Origin: a virus
Lineage: Duplodnaviria > Caudoviricetes
DNA: 28,238 nt
Direction: 5' to 3' (one strand)
IMG/VR virus record: IMGVR_UViG_3300035200_000024
Location: 1 to 28,238 of that record
In this document: in pieces, positions 1-7,462 of the stretch
Layout: each line of letters opens with the position of its first letter
Numbering within the stretch: the stretch's first letter is position 1
Notes under the pieces: model-generated
The model's database searches: none
Told to the model about the DNA's origin: nothing
The model's input: only the letters and a program-made list of their open reading frames with translations
Translations under genes and position numbers: made by a program

Positions 1-642
1 ATGATGCTGCTGGCGCTGTTCACGGTGGCTTGTGCCGGCACCACGTTCGTCGACGGAGAGAAGGTAGAGACATGCCAAGGCTCAACGTGTTCCCCCGGTT
101 CCGGCAATGGTGGGTCAGGCGCAGCGCCCGCGATTGGCGTGGGGGTTGGGGTTGGGGTCGGCGGGTCTGGTGGGCAGAGCAACGCGACTGCCACGAATCA
201 GACGACCGTCACCGCCTCCCCTCGTGCCTCCGCGTCATCCTCGGCCAAGAGCAGCTCGACGTCCCGCAGCTCTTCCCGGGCGAGCGCGACTGGAGGGAGT
301 GCTACCGCCACGGGTGGGTCGGTGACCGTGCGGGGCAGCGACCTCGGCGAGATGGTTCCTGACGTGTACGCGCCCGGGCTCGCGACCGGCGGCGACGACG
401 TCTGCCTCGGCTCGATGTCCGGCGGGCTTGGCCTGTCTGGCATCGGCGCGATGTTCGGGCTGACGCTGGTCGATGAGCACTGCCAGACCATCAAGGCCGT
501 GAAGCTCCTGACTGCGATGGGGCGCCCGGGGGCGGCGATCCGCCGGGCGTGCATGGACGGGCGGATGCGGGACGCGCTGGGCGCTGAGTGCCCTCCTCCC
601 AAGGAGGAAGCGCCATCGTCCTCGTCCACTTTCACACACTGA
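1..642 (+). CDS. Hypothetical exported/possible lipoprotein with a Gly/Ser/Thr-rich linker and a Cys-containing C-terminal domain (5' end may lie upstream of the window)
   Basis: Hydrophobic N-terminus MMLLALFTVAC (weak lipobox), GVGVGVGVGG and Ser-rich tracts, and a DVCLG..DEHC..AC..ECP domain. Confidence 0.7.
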   Translation: MMLLALFTVACAGTTFVDGEKVETCQGSTCSPGSGNGGSGAAPAIGVGVGVGVGGSGGQSNATATNQTTVTASPRASASSSAKSSSTSRSSSRASATGGSATATGGSVTVRGSDLGEMVPDVYAPGLATGGDDVCLGSMSGGLGLSGIGAMFGLTLVDEHCQTIKAVKLLTAMGRPGAAIRRACMDGRMRDALGAECPPPKEEAPSSSSTFTH

Positions 643-653
643 CGCGGCGCAAC

Positions 654-917
654 GTGCTTGAACCAACGGCCCTCATCTTCGCTCTGCACGACCCGGACGG
701 GTCCGGGGAGCTGGGCTGGCGCACCTACCGAGGCGAGATCAGGGTGGACATCGACAGCAACGACACCGCGTTCGTCACGCCATGCAACCGCATCGAGATG
801 ACCGAGCACGTTCAGGGGTTGCTGATCGAGAAGCTGCACCCGCTCGGCGTGGTGTACATGCGCTGGTGGGTAGACGGGCATCTGGTCGGCAGGACATGGG
901 GAGGGGCGACGCTGTGA
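654..917 (+). CDS. Hypothetical protein (87 aa)
   Basis: Part of track ORF 588-917. GTG at 654 follows the upstream stop, and the stop overlaps the next GTG (GTGA). Start uncertain. Confidence 0.6.
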   Translation: MLEPTALIFALHDPDGSGELGWRTYRGEIRVDIDSNDTAFVTPCNRIEMTEHVQGLLIEKLHPLGVVYMRWWVDGHLVGRTWGGATL

Positions 918-1108
918 CGCTCGGGCCGATTGATGACCCCGTCGATGCCGTCGTGACCGAGACGCTCACCCAAGCGGTGCAGCGGCAGGCACGCAAGATC
1001 AAGCGGCTGTTGGAGCTGATCGAGGAAGCCGCGGAGAGGGCGGAGGACGGCGCCGACCTTGAGTTCGCCGGCCGGCTGCGCAAAGAACTCGGTGATTGGG
1101 GGCTCTGA
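914..1108 (+). CDS. Hypothetical small helical protein (64 aa)
   Basis: GGGAGGGG upstream of GTG 914. GTGA overlap upstream and TGATG overlap downstream. Confidence 0.65.
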   Translation: MTLGPIDDPVDAVVTETLTQAVQRQARKIKRLLELIEEAAERAEDGADLEFAGRLRKELGDWGL

Positions 1109-2673
1109 TGGCTGCGCCGAGCTACACCACTGACCTGACCTCTGCCGTCATCCACGATGCCGAGACGACAACCGGCTGGGCGGAGCTGACCGGCCACACT
1201 GGTGGTGGCGCGGCGACGCAGGAAGGCGACTACGAGATCCAAGGCACCTACTGCGTCTCGCAGTCCACCGGCACGCAGACCGGCACCGCCGTTGGCCTGC
1301 AGTACGACTACGGCAGCAACGTCGCGTGGAACACGGGCGACTGCGTGTTCGCGTGGCAGATCTTCCTTGCGCCGGGCGCCATCGACTCGTGGGCGAACGG
1401 CGGCATGAGGATCGGCGTCGGCTCGTCTGCCGGCAACATGAAATACTGGAAGTCGATGGGCAACGACTTCGGCGCCTATCCCTACGGTGGCTGGCAGAAC
1501 ACCGCCATTGACCCGACCTACACCGCTGACTACACCGAAGGCACGCCGGTCGCCGGCAACTACCGCATCTTCGCGAGTTGGCCGAACCTCGTGAGCGCGG
1601 TGTCGAAGGGCAACCCGCACGGCGTCGACATCATCCGCAAGGGGCGCGGCAAGCTGATCGTCACTGGCGGCGACAGCAACGGCTACGGCACGTTCCCCGG
1701 CATGGCGGCGGCGAACGATGCGACATCCGCTCGCTGGGGGCTGGTGCAGGCTACGCGGGGCTCGTACTTGTGGAAGGGCATGATGGCGCTCGGGCAGGAT
1801 GCCACTGCTGTCGACTTCCGCGACGCCAACCGCAACGTGGTGATCGACGACTGCCCGCGCACCTACGCGGCCTTCAACAAGGTCGAGGTTCGCCACGCAT
1901 CGAGCCGAGTGGATTGGACGGCCATCTCGCTGACAGCGCTTGGCACGCTCGCCAAGGGGCAGTTCGAGGCGGTCGCCAACGCGACCATCAACCTCTACTC
2001 CTGCACGTTCACCGACATGGACACCTTCGTGTTCCAGTCGAACACCACGGTGAACGGCTCGACCTTCCGGCGCTGCGGTCAGATCACGCAGGGCGGCGCG
2101 GCGATCACCGGCTGCGTTGTGGACAAGAGCACGGCAGCCGCCGCGATCCTGTCGAACAATCCGGGCGCCATCACCAACACCGCGTTTACCAGCGACGGCA
2201 GTAACCACGCCATCGAGATCACGACGGCGGGAACCTACTCGCTGACCAACCTGACCTACTCTGGGTATGCCGCGAGCAACGGCTCGACCGGCAACGAGTG
2301 CATCTACAACAACTCGGGTGGCGCGGTCACCTTGAACGTCTCCGGTGGCGGCACGCCGACGATCCGCAACGGCACCGGCGCGAGCACTACGGTCAACTCG
2401 ACGGTGTCGGTGACGTGGCAGGCTAACGTCAGCCTCTCGGGCGCCGAGGTTCGCGTCTACGATCTCGACGGCGCCGGCGGCACCGACTACGGCACCGAGC
2501 TGGCCGGCGCTGAGTCGCATTCGTCAACGACCTACACCTATGGTGGGTCGCAAGGGAACACGATTCTGCTGCAAGTGATGAAGTCCGGGTACGAGGAGTT
2601 CACGCAGCAGTTCACCATTCCTGCCAATGCCACCACCTTCGACATCACGCTGATCGCGGACAACAACGCATGA
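1108..2673 (+). CDS. Putative virion appendage/adhesin-like protein A (beta-rich N-domain, beta-helix-like repeats, C-terminal Ig/transthyretin-like domain, ends ADNNA)
   Basis: 521-aa G/T/S/N-rich ORF starting at the TGATG overlap. Beta-helix-like segments (NLYSCTFTD, VNGSTFRRC, ITNTAFTS) and a C-terminal GAEVRVY...KSGY pattern. Confidence 0.75.
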   Translation: MAAPSYTTDLTSAVIHDAETTTGWAELTGHTGGGAATQEGDYEIQGTYCVSQSTGTQTGTAVGLQYDYGSNVAWNTGDCVFAWQIFLAPGAIDSWANGGMRIGVGSSAGNMKYWKSMGNDFGAYPYGGWQNTAIDPTYTADYTEGTPVAGNYRIFASWPNLVSAVSKGNPHGVDIIRKGRGKLIVTGGDSNGYGTFPGMAAANDATSARWGLVQATRGSYLWKGMMALGQDATAVDFRDANRNVVIDDCPRTYAAFNKVEVRHASSRVDWTAISLTALGTLAKGQFEAVANATINLYSCTFTDMDTFVFQSNTTVNGSTFRRCGQITQGGAAITGCVVDKSTAAAAILSNNPGAITNTAFTSDGSNHAIEITTAGTYSLTNLTYSGYAASNGSTGNECIYNNSGGAVTLNVSGGGTPTIRNGTGASTTVNSTVSVTWQANVSLSGAEVRVYDLDGAGGTDYGTELAGAESHSSTTYTYGGSQGNTILLQVMKSGYEEFTQQFTIPANATTFDITLIADNNA

Positions 2674-2999
2674 TCGAGAAGATTCGAGCGCAGCAGGTGA
2701 CCATCGACCTTCCGACTGAGGAGGCGGAGCCGTGGGTGCGGGCAATCATCCAGCGGGTGATGAAGAACCCCGAAACCTATCAGACCGTGCAGACGGTGGA
2801 CCGAGTGGATGCGGTCCACAGACGGCTTTCCGATTTCGCGACGATGGTTCAGACGTTCACCGACCCTGTGACGGGGGCGAGCGTGACACTGAGCGGCGTC
2901 GGCTGCGGGCAAGCCATCATCGCGTTCGTGAAGGCTTGGATGCTTGAGGATTTTTTTGATTACGTTGAGAACACCCACGGCGACATCGTCAAGGAGTAA
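2670..2999 (+). CDS. Hypothetical protein (109 aa), possibly a chaperone of the adjacent structural module
   Basis: ATGA overlap with the upstream gene. Its 3' end contains the AAGGAG RBS of the next gene. Function inferred from position only. Confidence 0.75.
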   Translation: MIEKIRAQQVTIDLPTEEAEPWVRAIIQRVMKNPETYQTVQTVDRVDAVHRRLSDFATMVQTFTDPVTGASVTLSGVGCGQAIIAFVKAWMLEDFFDYVENTHGDIVKE

Positions 3000-3004
3000 C
3001 CGCC

Positions 3005-4501
3005 ATGCTTATCGACCACACCAACTACGCTGCCAACCTGAAGCAATCGACCAATCCGCGAGGCTCAACGCCGAACGGCAACGTCTACTTCGACAAGGCG
3101 AACAACGAAATCCAGCTCATCGGCGTTGACGAGCTGGCGACCGTCGATTTCGGCAGCGGGCCGGTCACCAACCCGCTGAACAACACCGACGGCATCACGA
3201 TGCGAGCCCTCTACAACTTTGAGAACTCGCAGCGTCGCTCTGACGAGACGCTCCGCAAGTACGAGCGCGGCACGGCGGGTGACTACCGATTCGCTGGCGC
3301 CTACGCCTTCGTCAACGGCGTGAAGCTGGACGGCACCGACCGCAACAAGATCCGCTCCTCGGGCTGGATCGAGTTCGCGAACACGGGCGACGGCGCCACC
3401 GACACCGACCGCATCTACCACGGCGTCGTCTCGCTGGTCGACATTCAGGCTGGCACGGTTCCCTACTGGTCGCTGGTGACCGCCACCGACGAGGCCACGC
3501 TGCAAGCGGCGACGTGGACGAACTTCGTCCGCGCTGGCGACATCAACGAGGCCGTTCAGGTGTTTGGCGACACCGCCAATGGCGACTCCGGTGCCGGCGA
3601 CTTCGACTACACCACCCGCACCCTCGTGGTCCGCGTCCGGTCGTGGGGCTACAACCCCGGCGAGACGACCTCGGTGGCGTCAGGCATCTCCGAGTTCTCG
3701 GGCTTCTCGGCCGGCTACGGTGTCGGCGAGTCCATCAACCCGGCGAACTCCTACACGCTGGCTGATGTCTTTGGTGGCGCGAAGATCGCCCCGTGGACCG
3801 GCATGACGCTGGAGAAGCTGGCCGCTCCGCAGCTTGAGGACGGCTTCAACGGCGGCGACGACAAGCCGTTCACTTGGGTGCTGCACAACACGGGCGGTGG
3901 CACGGTGCAGCAGTGCGCCGCGTTCCTTGACGCGCTGACGCTGCAAGACTCCGACATCGACAACGGCACCGGCAATTACAACGGGCGCAAGGGTCGCGTC
4001 TGGTACACCAGAAACGCGGCCGGTAAGGTCGTAACCTCGTCCATCGGCGGAGCCGGCCTGTTCATCGAGGGGCTGTCGGTCGCCGAGAAGCAGAACGTCA
4101 TAATGACGGACGACAGCGGGACGCAGCAGACCTACCCGTACTTCCCCGAGATCCAGATCACTGTCGGAGCCGCTGCCATCGCTGACGTGAATGCGTGGTA
4201 TCACGTTTTCTACGACGAGGGCACGGGCGACTTCGACACGGCGAGTGCGTTCACCGTCATCGACTCCAACGGCGACCCGGTGAAAGGCAACGTCTCGACG
4301 GATGCGGTGGCCGGCAAGATCAGCTTCGCCTACGCCTACGACACCAACAACGAGAACGGGCTCACCGAGGGCACGGACAAGGACATGGTGGTTCTGGTCG
4401 AGGGCGACGGTGGCGCAGCGCAGGCCATCACCTACTTCACCGTCACTCGCACCGCCATCATCCCGGTGACGTGCGCGCCGCCGGCCGACAACAACGCTTG
4501 A
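3005..4501 (+). CDS. Putative virion structural protein B (acidic, G/T/D/N-rich, ends ADNNA)
   Basis: 498-aa ORF with AAGGAG RBS and strong C/G third-position codon bias, beta-rich composition. Confidence 0.8.
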   Translation: MLIDHTNYAANLKQSTNPRGSTPNGNVYFDKANNEIQLIGVDELATVDFGSGPVTNPLNNTDGITMRALYNFENSQRRSDETLRKYERGTAGDYRFAGAYAFVNGVKLDGTDRNKIRSSGWIEFANTGDGATDTDRIYHGVVSLVDIQAGTVPYWSLVTATDEATLQAATWTNFVRAGDINEAVQVFGDTANGDSGAGDFDYTTRTLVVRVRSWGYNPGETTSVASGISEFSGFSAGYGVGESINPANSYTLADVFGGAKIAPWTGMTLEKLAAPQLEDGFNGGDDKPFTWVLHNTGGGTVQQCAAFLDALTLQDSDIDNGTGNYNGRKGRVWYTRNAAGKVVTSSIGGAGLFIEGLSVAEKQNVIMTDDSGTQQTYPYFPEIQITVGAAAIADVNAWYHVFYDEGTGDFDTASAFTVIDSNGDPVKGNVSTDAVAGKISFAYAYDTNNENGLTEGTDKDMVVLVEGDGGAAQAITYFTVTRTAIIPVTCAPPADNNA

Positions 4502-4513
4502 TGGAGGAGGGCC

Positions 4514-5077
4514 ATGCCGCTTGTCGAGAGCGTCGATTACGAGACTCGGCGCATCCACCTGTCTTTGGAGACGGCGGATGCAGAGGTGGATACCGTCGAT
4601 GTCTACCGGGAGGTGCGTGCCTTGCGCCGCACCAACGAGGCGCACCGACGGTATCCGCCAATGCTCGTGGCCGGCGGCAACGTGGAGAAGGTCGCCGGCA
4701 AGACCTACACCCAGCCCTACGCCGTGCTGCTGCGCGGCTGTCGGCTGGTGCCGTACAACGCCAGCCACTTCCTTGTCGTCACCCGCGACACGTTCACGGA
4801 TGACGGCTTTGCCGGGCGAGACTGCTTCGACAGAACGCCCTTGGCCGATTCCGTTGAGGTGGACATCGACTTCGTCATCCACGAGGTCGAAGTTCGGCTG
4901 ATTCAAGCTGGAAGCGGACTCGACAACGATCAGGCGGCGCAGCTCCGAGAGCTGTGGCGGCTGGCCGGGCTCGACGCCGACCACCCGCTGCTGGTCACCG
5001 CCACGCAGCGCACGGCAGGGACCATCCAGCAGTCCATTGCCGAGGCCATCGGCACTGTCACGGTGACGAGGCAGTGA
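4514..5077 (+). CDS. Putative virion structural protein C (N-domain related to protein B)
   Basis: GGAGGAGG RBS. Shares the motifs D-x5-I-x-L and Y-x6-RR[ST][DN]E-x2-R[KR]Y with ORF 3005-4501. Confidence 0.8.
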   Translation: MPLVESVDYETRRIHLSLETADAEVDTVDVYREVRALRRTNEAHRRYPPMLVAGGNVEKVAGKTYTQPYAVLLRGCRLVPYNASHFLVVTRDTFTDDGFAGRDCFDRTPLADSVEVDIDFVIHEVEVRLIQAGSGLDNDQAAQLRELWRLAGLDADHPLLVTATQRTAGTIQQSIAEAIGTVTVTRQ

Positions 5078-5078
5078 C

Positions 5079-5267
5079 GTGCTCTCGCCCCGCCTGATCG
5101 CGATGGATGGGCTCGGCGGGGGTCCGCGGCTGGTCGCCGTGCGGGGGTTGTGGCCGGCTGCCGCGCCGGTCGAGCCGCATCACCCTGACTACTCGGGCGG
5201 GCTGCGGCACCGCCGGCGGCGGAGACGTGAGGAGGACGAGGCGATCCTGCTCGCCCTGTTGCGCTGA
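5079..5267 (+). CDS. Small hypothetical protein with poly-Arg tract and hydrophobic C-terminus
   Basis: 62 aa, fills the gap exactly, TGATG overlap with the MuF gene. Ends HRRRRRREEDEAILLALLR. Confidence 0.65.
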   Translation: MLSPRLIAMDGLGGGPRLVAVRGLWPAAAPVEPHHPDYSGGLRHRRRRRREEDEAILLALLR

Positions 5268-6742
5268 TGCTCAGAGTCCGCAAGCCCACCAAGCGGCAGA
5301 CGGTGCTGGAGGAGGCGGTAGCCGCTGGCGTGGTCGTGCCTGCCCGCTACTACTCGGCCAAGCACCGGGAGGAAGTGGCGGACGCCGCCCGGAGCGCCGC
5401 CAAGATGGCGAGCGCCGACCAAATCCTGTACGTCATCGCCCAGCTCGAAAAGCACATGGTCGACGGCGGCAAGACGCTGGCCGACTTCAAGCGGCTGGCC
5501 GCTGGGATGAACTGGGAGATGCCGGCGTGGCGCGTTGACCTGACGCTGCGCAACAACATGCAGCGCTACTACCAAGCCGGGGCGTGGGAGAAGTTCCAGC
5601 GCTACAAGTTCGCTCGCCCCTACCTGATGTACATGGCGATCAACGACGAGCGCGTGCGCCCCAACCATCTGGCGCTCAACGGCGTCATCAGGGCTGTGGC
5701 CGACGAGTTCTGGAACACCTACGCGCCGCCCAACGGCCACAACTGCCGCTGCTCGCTGCGCTCGCTGACGCCCGAGCAGGCCAAGCAGATTGGCGGGCCG
5801 ACCCCGCTGCGGAAGATCCCCAAGAACGCCGGCCCCGACCCGGGGTGGGACAGCCACCCTCTTGCCGGCCAGCGGGCGGCGATGGCGAAGCGCGAGACGG
5901 CCAAGAGCGAGTACGTCAAGAACCGCCTGATCGAGGCGAACCGGAAGATCCGCGAGATGGAGCGCGCCAGCCCGGCGCCGCCGCAGAGCGTGCCGCCATA
6001 CGCTCAGGCGGCAGAGAACTCTCCAGTGCGCCGCACCGGGCGGTTGGTCCGCGACTATCGCGCCGACGAGTACAAGCGGCTCAAGCGGCGCTTCAGGTAT
6101 GGCGTGCGGTACATCGAGGGGCAGCCCGAGGAGTGGAAGAACGCCAATCCCGACTTCGTCGCTTTCGCGCTGATGAAGTTCGACCTCCTGCCCGAGAAGG
6201 TGAAGAAGCTGTACGTCGGCAAGGCGCCGAAGCTGGAGCTTCACCTGTGGGCGCATCCGGTCGTGAAGGAAGGCCCGGACGTGAACCGGCGGATCAGCCA
6301 GCCCGATTGGGATGAGCGCACCCTCGTCAACATCGGCGGCGTGGCGAGCGGGACCGTTGCTGATGTCTACGAGTCGTTCCAGCGGCTAGGAAACGGGGAC
6401 ATCGCGGCCGACCACGGGCGGTTGCAGTCCACGCTCTATCACGAGATCGGCCACACGATCGACAACCACCTCGCCGACAGGCCCGGCGGGCTGAAGGATT
6501 GGAACGGGCTGCGCGATGCGTGGCAGCGCGACATCGACGAGGCGCTGGATGCCGGCAGGCCGCTTGCGGATCGCGTTGCGCCATACTTCGCCAGCAACGA
6601 CCGGCGCGGCATGAAGGAAGCCATCGCCGAGACGTTCGTCATGGCAGCGGAGGAGCAGATGGGCGAGACGCTGCCGACCTCAGACCCGTCGGTGGCGGAG
6701 TTCAGGCATCTTCTGGAGGCATGGCGAAAGTGGCTCAAGTGA
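5267..6742 (+). CDS. Phage minor head protein, MuF / Mu gp30 / SPP1 gp7 family, with C-terminal zincin metallopeptidase-like extension
   Basis: MuF motifs YMAINDERVRPNH..LNG and PPNGHNCRC. C-terminal HEIGH (6440-6454) and downstream EAIAE (6617-6631). Confidence 0.88.
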   Translation: MLRVRKPTKRQTVLEEAVAAGVVVPARYYSAKHREEVADAARSAAKMASADQILYVIAQLEKHMVDGGKTLADFKRLAAGMNWEMPAWRVDLTLRNNMQRYYQAGAWEKFQRYKFARPYLMYMAINDERVRPNHLALNGVIRAVADEFWNTYAPPNGHNCRCSLRSLTPEQAKQIGGPTPLRKIPKNAGPDPGWDSHPLAGQRAAMAKRETAKSEYVKNRLIEANRKIREMERASPAPPQSVPPYAQAAENSPVRRTGRLVRDYRADEYKRLKRRFRYGVRYIEGQPEEWKNANPDFVAFALMKFDLLPEKVKKLYVGKAPKLELHLWAHPVVKEGPDVNRRISQPDWDERTLVNIGGVASGTVADVYESFQRLGNGDIAADHGRLQSTLYHEIGHTIDNHLADRPGGLKDWNGLRDAWQRDIDEALDAGRPLADRVAPYFASNDRRGMKEAIAETFVMAAEEQMGETLPTSDPSVAEFRHLLEAWRKWLK

Positions 6743-6927
6743 TCCGCGTCTACCCGAGCGAGCAGCAGATGGGCATCGAGCTGCGCTACCACGCAGTCCA
6801 AGAGGTCGACGGCTTCGTGGCCGAGGGGCGCGACATCGTGCGGCCGGGCGAGGAGCTGCTGGGCCGGTCGTTTGAGGAGTGGCGCCGGCTGGCCCGGGAC
6901 CGCGAAACGATCGAGGTAGAGGCATGA
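6739..6927 (+). CDS. Small acidic protein (62 aa), candidate immunity protein for the MuF extension
   Basis: GTGA overlap with the MuF stop and ATGA overlap with the next gene. MIRVYPSEQQMGIELRY...ETIEVEA. Immunity role is inferred from position. Confidence 0.6.
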   Translation: MIRVYPSEQQMGIELRYHAVQEVDGFVAEGRDIVRPGEELLGRSFEEWRRLARDRETIEVEA

Positions 6928-7412
6928 CAGGGTTCCAGATCGAGGTCGATGACCGCCGGCTGTCCCGGCAGCTCGGCAAGCTGGCCAAGGTGCTCGGCGA
7001 CCTGTCGCCCGAGATGGAGCTGATCGGCAACGAGATTCTGGAGCGGGCGCGGCAGTCGTTTGACGATGAGGCCGACCCGTGGGACAAGAAGTGGCGCCCG
7101 CTGGCGCCGTCCACCGTCGCCGCCCGGCAGCGCAAAGCCAAGAAGCTGGGCCTGACCGGCACGGGCGGGCTCCAGATCCTCCGCGACACCGGGGCGCTGC
7201 TGGCGTCGCTCAACATGACGTCCGACAAGGACTCCGTGACGATAGGCTCGCCGCTGGAGTACGCGGCCATCCACCAGTTCGGCGGCATGGCCGGGCGTGG
7301 CCGCTCCGTGCGCATCCCCAAGCGCTCCTACTTCCCGGTCGACATCGGTGGCAGACTCGCCCCGAAGATGGCCGAGCGCCTTATGAAGATCCTCACCGGC
7401 CGCTTCGACTGA
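6924..7412 (+). CDS. Phage virion morphogenesis protein (Mu gpG / P2 gpS-like)
   Basis: Motifs W.PLAPST, ILRDTGALLASL, GSPLEYAAIHQFGG and IPKRSYF. Confidence 0.9.
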   Translation: MTGFQIEVDDRRLSRQLGKLAKVLGDLSPEMELIGNEILERARQSFDDEADPWDKKWRPLAPSTVAARQRKAKKLGLTGTGGLQILRDTGALLASLNMTSDKDSVTIGSPLEYAAIHQFGGMAGRGRSVRIPKRSYFPVDIGGRLAPKMAERLMKILTGRFD

Positions 7413-7429
7413 CGGCGGTCACCCTTACC

Positions 7430-7462
7430 CATGCGCGCAGTGGTCCCATGCTGCGCGGCATG
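7430..7462 (+). promoter_or_regulatory. Imperfect inverted repeat overlapping the protease start codons
   Basis: CATGCGCGCAG-tggtcccatg-CTGCGCGGCATG. ATG 7448 lies in the loop and ATG 7460 in the 3' arm. Confidence 0.35.

Noticed and set aside
2949-2960. T7 run (GAT TTT TTT GAT) as a programmed frameshift fusing ORF 2670-2999 to ORF 3005-4501
   Set aside because: The -1 frame hits TGA at 2957-2959 immediately, and the +1 frame gives a short unconvincing peptide.
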